Positions 24,202 through 37,075 of a stretch of DNA of 64,000 nt are shown one piece after another. A program made the position numbers and the translations under genes. Within the stretch, counting starts at the first letter, position 1. Each line of letters begins with the position of its first letter. Origin of the DNA: the human T2T-CHM13v2.0 reference genome, Homo sapiens; the NCBI RefSeq assembly GCF_009914755.1, contig NC_060927.1; one strand, written 5' to 3'. The notes beneath the pieces are model-generated. The model was given only the letters and a program-made list of their open reading frames with translations. It was not told the origin of the DNA and searched no databases.

Positions 24202-24842
24202 CTGCAAGTGGATTCCAACACGATTAGAAACTCTGGGCTTGGTATTTCACAGTAAGCCTTATGAAAGGAATGAGCAAGGCCGCTAGAACAGTCATTTTTT
24301 TTAAAAAGTTCTTCAGAGCGGTGGGGCTGCTGGTCTGGCAAGCAGCGTGTTTTCTGCTACTACTTCCCAGCAGGCAGGCTGGCCTTGTGAAATGAGCAGC
24401 TGTCTCAGGGTGAGCCTCTACAGTCTCAGGCAAGTGCTCAGAGGCCCCCACCGTTGGAAGTACCTCATCCTGGTGACAGCTTTCCAGTGTAAGACTGGAT
24501 CACAGAGCAGACCTGGGCACGTTCCCCATGTAAGGAATGGGTTGGCTGGGTTCATGCACCGTAATGCCCTTTCCAGCTGCTACTCCAGGCAAGCCTACTT
24601 TATCCTGCCAGGGAGATGCTAAGCCCAATCCAGTGGCTTCCTGAGGGGACAGGACTTTAAAACCTTGCAGAACTCATGAAGACTGGGTCCAAAATAGCAG
24701 CCCTTAGTCATACCGCCTTCTACTTCACCAAGTTTGCCCCATCTAATGCCAGGTACCTGCCCTGTAAAGACCTGGAGGCCACCTCCAGCACCCAGAGACA
24801 CAGTCACAGCAGAGCTCTGCTTCACAGTTACTGAGGCCTTAC

Positions 24843-24968
24843 CATTGCTCTCAATGTGCCCATTGGCCTGAGGGCCACCCTCGGTCCTGACCACGGTTTC
24901 TTGTCGGTCAGAAAGGGTCCCCTGAGAAGAGAGGTAGCTTGGAACATCTGGTGGCACGACGGTTTCAT
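24843..24968 (-). CDS. LRIG1: LRIG1 exon 16, juxtamembrane cytoplasmic ([23 protein letters not shown]...)
   Basis: AG/GT boundaries, 126 nt; conserved LRIG-family [10 protein letters not shown] motif. Confidence 0.96.
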
Positions 24969-25340
24969 CTGCAAGGAGACAGAACAAATAGAACACCAGG
25001 GTCTCAGTGACAAGAAATGCAGACACACGTTCACTGTCAAGCTCAGAAAGGGGATCCTCCCAGTGACGACCATCAGCGCTGTGCAGAGAGATGACATGGA
25101 GTCCATGTACGCAACAGGCCCTCCCAGAGCCTGCTCAGCTTTACTCTACACCCAGCGTGAAGAGCGCAGCCAGCAGATGCCAGACGCCACAAGAAGTGGA
25201 GACCAGTGATGGAAAGCCGGGGCTCACAGAAGTACCGCACTGTTTCAGGAACAACCTACTACGTGGCAGCAGGGCCTGTGCATAGGCGGCCTCTGAGTTA
25301 GCAAGGAGAGGGAAAACTGCATGGTGCGTCAGTTACTTGT

Positions 25341-25396
25341 ATTTGTGAGTATTCCTGTTTAAGGTTAAATTTGAGAGTATTCCTGTTTAAGGTTAA
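25341..25396. repeat. 28-bp tandem duplication
   Basis: atttg(t/a)gagtattcctgtttaaggttaa x2, one mismatch. Confidence 0.95.
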
Positions 25397-25551
25397 GTTC
25401 CTCAAAGTTAAAATGGAATTAGTGGGACTAAACCCTCAGGAGTTCTGAACACAGTGCAATTCTTTCAAAAGCCACTGGAACCCGGCCCAGTTCCCCAGCA
25501 TCACTGCCATTCCTCCCTCCTTGAAAGTCAGCTCCGCTGGCAGGGCCTGAC

Positions 25552-25971
25552 CTGTGTTGGTGACACTGTACTCTTCACTCTTCTTCCTGGTCTGGTAGAT
25601 GATGCACACCCAGACCAGTGACGTCAGGACGATGCTGCTCACGACAGCAATGGTGAAGATGCCTACCGTGGTCCCATCCTTCCTGCAGCCTGCTGCGGGC
25701 AGGACGCTCAGCTGGCTGTGAGCTCGCTCCGTGCCCAGGGTGTTGGACATCTCACAGGTATATCGGCCCGCATCCTCTGCCACCACGTTCTGAACCACCA
25801 GGAGCTGGTTGTCAGGGGTCAAGTGGTGCCGCTCAGTGAGGCTCAGCGGGCGGTCCCCCTTGAACCAGGTGATGCGGGGCGGAGGGTTCCCCGTGGCTTT
25901 GCATTGGAGGGCCACTGTTTCTCCCACAGATACCACACGGTCTTCCAAGGGGACCACCAAGGATGGGGTCT
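25552..25971 (-). CDS. LRIG1: LRIG1 exon 15: Ig3 domain + transmembrane helix
   Basis: 420 nt; Ig C...W...DAGRYTC motif; [26 protein letters not shown] followed by QTRKK stop-transfer. Confidence 0.97.
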
Positions 25972-26236
25972 CTACAAGAGAGCAACAGAGATCTTAGTCA
26001 TTCTCAGGGCCTCCGTTGCTCTGGCTCTGCCCGGTCTTCTGGACAACGGACAATCCAACATATCAATGAGATGCATCTGAGATTCTGTCTCAGAGTGGCA
26101 AGCTTTGGAGAAGACCCTTCAACTCATTGACTGAGTCATCTCCATGCTGGGAGTGGCTTCCACAGGGACAGTGAACCTCTGCTGACAAAAGCCCCTGCTA
26201 TTCCCTAACTGTCCTGTGTCAGGCCTGTGTCCTTAT

Positions 26237-26338
26237 TCTTGACCAAGCCCACATCCATCCTGTCCAATTCTTAAAATGTTCTGTAGCTCTTGACCAAGCC
26301 CACATCCATCCTGTCCAATTCTTAAAATGTTCTGTAGC
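26237..26338. repeat. Perfect 51-bp tandem duplication
   Basis: tcttgaccaagcccacatccatcctgtccaattcttaaaatgttctgtagc x2, identical. Confidence 0.97.
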
Positions 26339-26503
26339 TAAACCCTATGAAGACTCTTAATTCACCAGCTATCATTTCTTTTAAAGAGATAGAAACACTT
26401 GTTTAAGAAAAATTAACTCAACTCAAAAAGCAGCCCCAAATTTCAAACAGGGTCGAAAGGCCCACAACGCATACCACCCCTGGCCACACAGAGCATTTGA
26501 GAG

Positions 26504-26542
26504 TCTCTCTCTCTCGCTCACACACACACACACACACACACA
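26504..26542. repeat. (TC)n-(CA)12 microsatellite beside exon 14 donor
   Basis: Read directly. Confidence 0.95.
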
Positions 26543-26560
26543 GTAGAGCAATAGGCAAAC

Positions 26561-26842
26561 CTAGGACAGTCAGGGTGGCATTAGCTGAAATAGAACCGGC
26601 TGAGTTCTGAGCAGTACAGCTGTAAACCCCTGCGTCATCTATTTTCACATCAGTGATGAAAAACACGTCGTCATCCGGCATGACATGCATGCGTCGCTCA
26701 CGGGCAGCGGGGAAATCCGTGCCTCCATCCTTCTGCCAGGCAATCTGAGGGTTTGGGTGACCTGTGGCAGCACATTCGAGGCGGGCCATGGTGGTGGTCC
26801 GGATGGTTATGTCGTGGGGCGTTTTGGTGAATGATGGCAACA
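26561..26842 (-). CDS. LRIG1: LRIG1 exon 14: Ig2 domain
   Basis: 282 nt, phase 1-1; [19 protein letters not shown]...DAGVYSC. Confidence 0.97.
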
Positions 26843-27249
26843 CTGGAAAACATACGTATACAGGGTCGGGTTACGGGACAGCTAGATGCAAAACCAGGAA
26901 GTCCTCTGGCAAACACCTACCTGTCACTGTGCCCAGTGCCAGTTCACTTCTTTTCTCCCAATGTCTGCCCAGGACCACTCCTGCCACCTGTGAATCAGGA
27001 ACCCCCAGCTTCTCCCACCACAGTTGGAACACTTCCATCCCATCAGCCTTGCATTGTACACCCTAGGCTGGCTATAGTCCCTTCAAAGCAAAGGCTTTTA
27101 CTCTACATGGCAGTGCCTATACGGGAGTTGCAGGGGGTGCCCATCCACACTAGGTAGGCCTGATGCTTGCCTGCTTTACCCACCAAGAGAGAGGCTGTGG
27201 AGATGGAATTACAGAGGGAAGGTGGGCATGCCTCCACCTTGGGAGAGCA

Positions 27250-27323
27250 ATGGGATGGCTCATCCGTTTGGATGGGTGTTCATGGGATGAATGGGATGGC
27301 TCATCCATTTGGATGGTTGTTCA
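27250..27323. repeat. Duplicated ~33-bp GGATG/CATCC unit (41-bp period)
   Basis: atgggatggctcatcc(g/a)tttggatgg(g/t)tgttca x2. Confidence 0.9.
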
Positions 27324-28022
27324 CCCAGGCTGTTCCTGCCCACTGCCGTATACCCAGGCAGGAAGCATTCAGCTTGCTAGCTTGCTCAGCCTAAAGATCG
27401 ATGTCCTGACAGAGTGGGACGCATCCAGCCACGTGTCAGGCACCACCAGAGTTCCTGTCAACGTCAATTTTGGGGAGAGTCTAACAAACAGCTGAGTCTT
27501 TCGGAAGCTGTGAGGACTTGGAATAAGCCAAGACAACCCCACTACAGTGTGGTAAAGAAGGTGTTTCGCTGTGATCTGTGGGGGCTTAAAGAGCAAAGCA
27601 GATCCACCATTCTGATGATTCTCAAGCCAATTCTTTTTAACTAGAGAGTTAGTAATCAGGATAACCCCATTAGGTTACTGGGGTGGGACAGTAAACTCTT
27701 CAAGCTATCTACTCCCCACCCCCCTCCTCCAAACACACAATAACACATGGTCCCCTTGACAAGCTCCAAGGCTGGTTAATGAGTAAAAACCTGTCAACTG
27801 CCAGGACACTGTGTCTTTCAGGCCAGGGCTCACACCAGCCTTGCACTCCACAGTCTCTGGAGCAGTAGCTAGCCTCTGACTCCAATGCTGTGCCATCTAC
27901 TCAAAGAACAGCAGCTTCCCCAGGCTAAGGGGTATTTGGAATTTGGAAGCCAGATCTCTTGGCTTATAGAGGATAAGAACTGGACAAAACAAGGCTTAGC
28001 TCTCCACAATTTGACTTAATAA

Positions 28023-28321
<299 letters not shown>

Positions 28322-28550
28322 AATAACTAGATTTTTAAAACTCACCAAAAACAAGTAACTCATTGTGAATAACCCTTGAAATCTGCAAAACTTGCTCTGG
28401 GGCAAACCCAGGCAACAATAGGATTTAACAGTGCCCCACAGAAGCATGTGTGTGTCCTGTCTCAGTCATCTCTACATGGAAAGCTGAAAGGGCAATCAGG
28501 AGTGTGCTTTGTAGGATTCTGGTACTATAACAAAGATGGTGTTTCCATAC

Positions 28551-28871
28551 CATTCACGGTGAGCCTGGCCTTATGTGAATAGGTGGAGCCAAAGTGGTTG
28601 GTGATGACACATTGGTAGCGGCCCTCGTGCCCGAAAGTGACCTGACGGAGGTGCAGGATGGTGGTGTACTCCATCACTTCCCCGTCCTGCGCGTGGACGT
28701 GGACAAAGTTCTCCATGTCTGCATTGGTCAGGACTTCATTGTCTTTCTTCCAGGCAAAGGTCATGGGGGAGCTGCTGCTGCTGGCTGCTGAGCATGTAAA
28801 CCGGATGTCCTTGCCCACCATAGCCATGGTGGTTTCTGGCTGGGTGATGATCTGTGGCTTCAGGAAGTCAT
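28551..28871 (-). CDS. LRIG1: LRIG1 exon 13: Ig1 domain
   Basis: 321 nt, phase 1-1; [20 protein letters not shown]...EGRYQC. Confidence 0.97.
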
Positions 28872-30385
28872 CTGGGGAGAGAAGGGTCAACTGTAAAGCG
28901 CTGGGTTCTTGGTACACAGAGGAACCAGCTGCTGTTCATGCTAACAGAAACTGACACAGACACCAAGCAGGAACCAGAGCTTGAGGTCCCTGTGCATCCT
29001 CAGCCCCACCAACCAGATGCCGTAAGAGTTGCACCATGGACATCTGACCTCATCTAATTAGAAGTCTGTGAGTACTGATCACCTTTATGATCACACTCCT
29101 TGATTAGAAATTAACCCACCACTTCTCAGTTCTCAAACCAGCCAGCCGGCAGTTTCCTTAAGACAACTGGCTCTGCCTGCTGACTTTCACACAAAACAGT
29201 CAGGCACCACTGGTCATGACTGCAGAGATCTTACCCACAAACCTTACTCCAAAAGGAGGGGGTGTAAAACACTTCCAAAATGTCAGAATAAGGACCTCCA
29301 AAAATCTGCACCTCCATTAAAACAAGGAAAACACCTGGAAAAATGGTCAAAAGCAACTTTTTCAGAATTCTGGAAAACCAAAGGCTTACAACAATCCATG
29401 GATTGTTGATTCAAGCAAATAGCAACATCTCAGAAATGTGAGCTTTGTGGTATTTTAACTTATCCAAAGCCCCATTCTTCCCTCCCCAGCTCCATGGTAG
29501 CCTTGAAACCCAGCAGCCTAGCAACCACTCAAGGGTCAGAATGGGCTCCCCAAAAGCCCCATCCTCAGAACTGACACCATGTGGCCTATCTGGCAGCAAC
29601 ACGGAAAGCCCCATTCACAGGATTTGCATTGATTTGCCCTGATCTAGTTTGCCGAGCAGGAGAAGCCCTAGCCCCAGGGCACATGACTACAACAATCAGT
29701 AGCCACTGTTCAACAGCGCAGCTGTCTGAGGGGACAATACCCATGGGGCAAACAAGCAGCTGGCCAAAAAACTATAAAGGAAAATGTGGGGAATACAGTG
29801 TTAATGGTGGGCTTTGAAAAGGTCCAATACATTCCTGGGGATCTAGACAGCCACATGCAGGTGCAAGGCCATGTGCACACCCAGGAAAGACGTGAGGGGG
29901 TCCTCATTTGTCACCTGTGGCTGAGCATGACTGTCTACACAAATAGGAAGTGATGGCACACCCCAACACAAACACACAAGCCGTCGGTAAAGGATAGGAG
30001 ACAGTGGTTGTGGTGACTTCTCTGTCCAACCATTAGCTAACCACTAAACTAAACAAGCAGGGACTTAAGGGGACGGACTTTATATAGCCTTTGTCCAGGA
30101 AAAGTCACTAGGCAAGCTGTAACAATAAACAGCAACAGCAGCAAATCCTGGGGGAGGAGAAAGGGAATATCCAATTTCCAGAGTTGCCACATTATTTTAT
30201 TTTAAATGCCCAATTTTCAACAAAATATTATGAAACACTCAAACAGGAAAAAAAGCAGTCAACAGAAACTGTCTCTGAGGGAGCCCAGACTTAGATTCAC
30301 TAAATAAACTTTTTAAATCGGCAATTATAGGCATATTCAAACACCTCAAGGAAACCATGTCTTAAAAAAAATATCGAAGGATAGT

Positions 30386-30701
30386 GGCCAGGTGGGGTGG
30401 CTCACGCCTATAATCCCAGCACTTTGGGAGGCTGAGGCAGGAGGATCATGAGGTCAGGAGATCAAGACCATCCTGGCTAACATGGGGAAACCCTGTCTCT
30501 ACTAAAAATACAAAAAAAAAAAAAAAATTAGCCGGGTGTGGTGGCAGGTGCCTGTAGTCCCAGCTACTAGGGAGGCCGAGGCAGGAGAATGGCATGAACC
30601 CAGGAGGCGGAGCTTGCAGTGAGCCAAGATCACGCCACTGCCCTCCAGCCTGGGTGACAGAGCAAGACTCTGTCTCAAAAAAAAAAAAAAAAAAAAAAAA
30701 A
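30386..30701 (+). mobile_element. AluY-like element inside L1
   Basis: gagatcaagaccatcctggctaac and ggcggagcttgcagtgagc diagnostics; expanded middle A-tract and long A tail. Confidence 0.93.
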
Positions 30702-32366
30702 GGATAAAGTATGAGAAAATTTTATAGCAATAAAGAGAAATTATAGATATGAACCAAGTAGAAATTTTGAAACTTAGAAGTACAATAACTGAAATGAAAA
30801 ATTCACTAGAGGGGCTTGACAGCAGAACTGAGCTGGCAGAAGGAGGGGGCAGGGAACTTGAGACAGTCAACTGAGATTATGTAGTCTGAGAAACAAAGAA
30901 AAAAGAATGAGGTAAAATGAAAAGAACCACAGAGACTTGTGGGACAGCATCAAGCACAACAACATACAAATCATGGGAGTCCAAGAAGGAGAAGAAAGAA
31001 AAAGGAAGAGAAAAAGTATCTGCAAAACAATGGCCCCAAATTTGATGAAAAATGTGCAGCCACACATCCAAGAATCTTAATGAACTCCAAGTAGAGTAAA
31101 TTCAAAGATCCAAACGCAGATTCATCATAGTCAAGCTGTCAGGTGCCAAAGACAAAGAATCTTGAAAACGCAAAAGAGGAGCAACTCATCACATTCAAGG
31201 GATCTTCATTATTATTAACGGCTGATTTCTTACCAGAACCCACAGAGAACAGAAGGCAGTAGGAAGATATTCAAATTACTGAAAGAAAAACGTTCAACTA
31301 TGAATTCTATGTATTAAAAAACCTATCCTTCAAAAATGAAGGGGAAATTAAAACATTCCGATGTTTTTATTTTAAACACACACAGAGCAAGTTGACTGTT
31401 ATCAGGCCTGCCCCACAAGAAATCCAGGAGAGTATTTAGTATGGCTGAAATGAAAGGACATCATATAGCAACTCCAATCCACACCAAGAAATAAAAAATC
31501 CCATTAAAGGTAACTACACAGGTAATACAACACACAGGATACGTGTATTTTTGTAACTCGCGTCTCCTGATTTAAAAGACAACTACATAAACCAGTAATT
31601 ATAAGGCTGTGTTGATGGGCTTAATGAAAATGTAATGTGTACGACAACAGTAACACAAAGGAATAAAACTGGATCTTAATAGGAACATAATTTTTGCATA
31701 TTACTGAAGTTAATTTCATTATTTATTTGAACTAGATTGTTGTAAGATGTTAATTTTAATTCCTATGGGCAAAACTAAGAAAATAACTAAAAAATACCCG
31801 TGTATTTAAAAAACAGGGAATTAAAATAGTACAACAGAAAATATCTTTTCAATAAAAAAACTAGTCAGTATTGGAAAAACAATGAAACAAAAAGATAGGA
31901 CACATAGAAGAAATAAGGGGCAAACTCTACCTTATTAGTAAATGCATTAAAGGAAAATGAATTAAACACTCCAATCAAAAGGCAAAGATTACCATAATGG
32001 ATAAAAAAAACTATGATCCAGCTATAGCCTACAAGAGACACAGTGTGGATTCAAAGATACAAATAAGCAGTCACCAAAAGAGAACTAAAGTGTCCATACT
32101 ACTAACAGACAAAATAGGCTTTAAGACAGGAGTTTTTACTACAGAGACAGAATAATATTTTATAATGTAAAAGGGTCAATGCATCAGAAACACGTAAAAA
32201 TGATAAATACATATATACCTAATGGAGCGCCACAAAACATAAAATCTGACCAGATTAAAGGAAGAAATAGTGCAACAATAATAGTTTGTACACTTCAATA
32301 CCCCACTTTCAACAACGGATAGAACTAGTCAGAAGATCAAGGAAACAGAAGACTTCAACAACACTA

Positions 32367-32678
32367 TGAGGGGACTTCAAAAAGTTCATGGAAAACCGAA
32401 TTATAAACTTTATTTCTCAACATAACCTCCATCAAGTTTGAAACTCTCCTGAGTGATGATACCAGCCATTTAGTCCATCCCTAAAGAACTGAGGGTCCTG
32501 GGACATATCAATGCAGTCTTTTTTACATTATTAATTGAAGAAAATTGGGTGCCCTTTAAAGATTTTTAAAGATAATAACTAAAAAGAAGTCAGATGGAGC
32601 CAAATTAGGACTTTTAGGTGGATGTCTCATGATTTCCCACCAAAACTCTCACAAATTCACTCTTCTTTGTATTAGAGC
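32367..32678 (-). mobile_element. HSMAR2 mariner 3' fragment
   Basis: TA|tgaggggacttcaaaaagttcatggaaaa TIR; - strand reads HPPKSPNLAPSDFF, a decayed mariner YSPDLAPxD motif. Confidence 0.88.
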
Positions 32679-34349
32679 TTCTAGCCAGTGCAACAGGCTA
32701 GAGAAAGAAATGAAAGCCACCCAGACTGGAAATGAAGAAGTGAAACTACCTTTTTGCAAATGACATGATGATCACATATAAAGAAAATCCTAAGAAATTT
32801 ACTGAAAAACTTAGAATAAATGATGTCAACATATATGCAGGATACAAGATCAAGATACAAAATTCAATTACATTTCTGTATACTTGCAATAAATATTTCA
32901 TTTTTGAAAATCCAAAAGTGAAATTAAGGATTTCATTTACAATAGCAAAAAGAATAAAAACAGAAATACCTTTAACAGTAGTTGAAGATGTGTACACTGA
33001 AAGTGACAAAACATGACTGAAAGAAATTTTTAAGAAGCTAAGAAAAAAGGGTGGACAGCCCATCTTCATGGATTGGGAAGACTTAATACTGTTAAGATGG
33101 CAATACTTCTCACATTAGTCTATAGATTCAATGCAACCCACATCCCACTTTCCTTTACTGCAGAAATTGACAAGCTGATCCAAAAAATTGTAAGGAAATG
33201 GCAAGGGATCCATAATAGACAAAACAATTTTGAAAAAGAATAAAATCAAAGGGCTTTGTAACACTAAGGTTATAAAACTCTTAGAAGAAAATAAAGGAGG
33301 AAATCTTTGTGACCTTATCTCAGGCAAATAGTTTCTTTGATATGACATCAAAAGCATACGTAATAAAAGAAAAAATAGAGATATTGAACTTCACCAAAAT
33401 TAAAAACTTTTGCATTTCAACTATCAAGAAAATGAAAAATAGCCCTCCCTCAGACTGGGAGAAAATATTGGCACAACATGTATCTTATGAAGGTCTCATA
33501 TCCAGAATACATAAAGAACTTTACAACTAAACATTGAAAAGACAAATGAATACTGGCAAATGATTTAAATAGCTGTTTTTCCAAAGAAGATATATATATA
33601 TATGTATGTCCAATAAGCAGGTGAAAACATGCCTAACATCATTAATCATTAGGGAAGTGCAAATCAAAACCACCATGAGACTCTATTTTACACTCACGAG
33701 TACATCCAAAATAAAAAAGACAGTTAATAACACATGCTAGCAAAAATGGGGAGAAATTGGAATTCTCATGCATTGGTGATGGGCATGTAAAATCATGAAG
33801 CCACTCTGGAAAACAGTTTGGCAGTCCCTCAAAAAAGCTGAGCACAGAGTTAGCGTATGACCCAGCAATTCCATTCCTAGGTTTGTACCCAAGAGAATCA
33901 CACAAAACCCTGTATATGAATTTTCACAGCAGCATTATTCATAATAGCCAAAAAGTGGGGACAATCTAATGTCCATCATCTGATAAACGGATAAATAAAA
34001 TGTAAACCCATTTATTCAGCCATGAAAAACAGGAATGAAGTACTGATACATGCTTAAAAATTATGCTAAGTGAGAAAAGCCAGTTACAAGAGACCGTATA
34101 CTGTATGGTTCCATTTATATTAAATGCCCAGAATAGGCAAATGATGGAGACACAATGAGATTAGTGCTATCAAGGGCCTGGGGGCAGAGAATAGGGAGTG
34201 ATTACTAATGGTATGGGGATCCTTCTAGTGGTGATAAAAATGTTCTAAAATTAGATAATAGTGATGGTTACACAGTTGTGACTATTATAACAACCATCAA
34301 TTTATATATTTTAAAGGGGTAAATTTTTATGATATATAAATTATATTTC

Positions 34350-35075
34350 TTTTTAAAAGCAGCTTTATTGAGAATACTTCATCTACACTACAACTCACTC
34401 ATCTAAAGTATACAATTCAATGGTTTTTAGTATACTCACCAATATGGGCAACCATCACTACAGTCAATTTTACAACATTTTCATCACTTCAAAAAGAAAT
34501 GCTGTACATTTTAGCTATTACCCCTCTCTTTCCATCCCTCCCCATCCTTAAACTACTACTAACCTAATCTCTACCTCCACAGATTTCCCCATTCTGGACA
34601 TTTCTATGAATGGAATCATATAATCTAATGGTCTTTTGTGGCTGACTTCTTCCACTTAGCATGACATTGTCAAAGTTCATTCATGTTGCAGGACTACTGA
34701 TTGCTTTCACAGCCTAATGAATATTCCATTGTATGGCTATACCACCTTTTGTTTATCCAGTCATCCACTGATACCTGGGTTGTGCCCATATTTTGGCCAT
34801 TATGAATAATGCTGCTATGAACATTCATGAAGAAGTTTCTGTGTGAACATATACATTCATTTCTCTTAGGTATACACCCAAGAGTGGAACTGCCAGGTCA
34901 TGTCGTAACTGGATGTTGAACTGAGGAACTGCCGAGACTGTTTTCCAAAGTGGCTGCCCCAGTTTACACTCCCACCAGCAGTGTAGGAGGGTTCTCCCTA
35001 TCCTCAGCAACACTTGTTATTATCTGAGTTTTGGATTCTAGCTGTCCTAGTGGATGTGGAGTGCTTATGTTTCCG
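34350..35075 (-). mobile_element. L1MB-type 3' end, tail-to-tail with previous L1
   Basis: cagctttattgag...gtatacaattcaatggtttttagtata 3'-terminal signature; CWWECKLGQPLWKTV ORF2 C-terminal remnant. Confidence 0.88.
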
Positions 35076-36608
35076 TTTTTAAAAAAGGAGTGGGAGACTC
35101 CCATAAAGCCTGAAACCTTGATCTTCTGCCAAGTGTTTTCATGATTCCCATTAACACCTGACGTTTTTAGAGGGGGGGAAGCTTGAGCTAAAATGTGGGG
35201 GTGGGGATGACAGATGTGAAATAAACAACTCTTGCAATCCAGAATATGCCAGGGCCACAGGCTGGGGGCTAGGTGAACTTACCAAAGTCCTACCTGGCTC
35301 ACCCAGAGGGAAAGCCTGCCCTATGGCAGGAAAGGGGAGGGAGCGATGGAAAGCTTTATTTGAGGGAGGTCTATAAACAATTTAAGGGTCAAGGACTTGA
35401 TGACAATGGGCCAATGAACAATGGATTATACAGCCATTTTGTGCCTGGATAATGGAGCTGTGCGAGCATTAGATTCCACACAGAAGGCTCCATAAGACAG
35501 ATCGGTATGAAAAGTCAGTTTGGAGAGCTGCTGCCATGTTCGCAGTGGGTTTAAGACGTGTCCCTGGTCTGGATCCAGAGGAAGTTCAGCAGGCCTGTTC
35601 TCAAAAGTGGTGATGGTGAAGGTAGGGGTGGATGCATGGAGAGGGCACACACATCTTGCCTCCAGCAGGCACACTGGCTACTCCAGCAGGCACAATGGCT
35701 ATTGCTATGGCCAGAAAGTAGGAGACAGAAGTGGCCCACAAGGGTTGCCATATGGATGGGTGAGTTCCTGGTTAGGATCCTCACAGCAGGGATCTCAAGG
35801 CTCAAGGGAGACCAGTGAGCACAAAAGGCAGGAGGGACTTAACACCTGCCCAGCAGTTCCAGTCAGGCCTGGGAATCCCACTCTTGCTCCTGCTTAGAGC
35901 AAGCAAACAGGAAAAACTCAAAATTCATCTCATTTTTTGACCATGTCTTCCTGACCGTGAGCCTGTGTCAGTCCTGTCTGAGCTAGCCTGCGTGTGTGTT
36001 TTCAGCTGTTCAGCATTTTCTGTGCTCTCTGCAACCAAACTTGGATCCCGACTCCCAGTCAAAAAGATGGCAAGAGCTACGCTCCAGGAATCAGAAGGCA
36101 AAAAGAATGTAAAGCTGCAAGTGCAGATTTCAGTGGTTTGGAGAAACAGCAAGAGTACAAGTCAACATCAAGGAATTATTTTTACTACAGCAACTGTTCT
36201 CCTGAGACTTGTTCTTCCTGTATTTAACCTTTCATTCTTGGGGTCGGAAAGAAACACACATTAAAACGCCAGCCTCGTACGCGGAGTACATTCGCAGCTA
36301 AACCCGGGCACCAGAGCCCTTCTGAAACAACAGAACTATCTTCCTGTAACTGATTATTCTGATTTGTAACTGAACCAACTTATACTCCCTTCTGATTAAA
36401 TGCATGTCCTCCAAGAACCACATAATGAGGCAACTCTACGGTAAATACTGTGTGTGGTTTCAGCAAGAAATAAATTGCATCCAGCAGCTGATCTGTAACC
36501 ACGGGCTGGGGTTTACTCTGATCACAGGAATTACTCCCATAATGAAGAGTACCTCCTGGCTTCCTTGTCCTTCATGAAGGAGAGAAAAAGTTACAAAGAC
36601 AGTCTTAC

Positions 36609-36772
36609 CGCACACGAAACTCTCTGGTGGCACAGAGAAAATGCTCTGACCCTTCAGTGATTCTGGGTGGGCACAGGTGGCTGTCACAAAGGCCTGCAGC
36701 ATCCTGCCAATTAGCCACGGGGGCAGCCACTTCAGCTGGCAGTCACACAGGAAGCTGTCGCTGCTGATATGG
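36609..36772 (-). CDS. LRIG1: LRIG1 exon 12: LRR C-terminal cap
   Basis: 164 nt, phase 2 to 1; [11 protein letters not shown]...[10 protein letters not shown]...FVC LRRCT motif. Confidence 0.97.
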
Positions 36773-36934
36773 CTGAAAGAAACACAACAGTGGATGCTTC
36801 AGGTGCAGCCGCAAAGGAGGGACACTCCCTTCACACACACAATGATCAGTCGCCTCCAATCAGCTTCTCAAGTGAACATCAGCAAGCTGGAAGGGGGAAA
36901 TGGTTTTTCTCACACTTCCTCTCCAATTTCCCAG

Positions 36935-37075
36935 GGCAGTGCATATAACCCACCTGGAGATTTTGAAAAAATGCAGTTGCTGATTGGGTGGGTCAGGAGT
37001 GGAACCCACGACTCTGCTAACAAGTTCACGTATCATGCTGGGGCTGCTGACCCAAGGACCGCAACTGGAGCAGCA
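36935..37075. mobile_element. MER5-like hAT fragment
   Basis: cacctggagatttt...ctaacaagttc...gctgctgacccaaggacc. Confidence 0.55.

Larger units (their letters stand above)
29270..34345 (+). mobile_element. Long ancient L1 (5' region, ORF1, ORF2 EN and RT remnants with deletions, L1MB/MC-type 3'UTR), antisense to LRIG1
   Basis: ORF1-like gagacttgtgggacagcatcaag, EN-like aaacactccaatcaaaaggcaaagatt, RT-like gaagaagtgaaactac...gcaaatgacatgat; 5' edge approximate. Confidence 0.8.

Noticed and set aside
24619-24842. 74-codon read-through after exon 16 and a possible donor at 24756
   Set aside because: Extension is 86 nt (frameshift), the real donor GTAAGG is strong, and I saw no nearby PAS
30720-33905. 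L1 ORF1/ORF2 fragments as an active LINE
   Set aside because: Heavily decayed, large deletions, nested Alu and mariner
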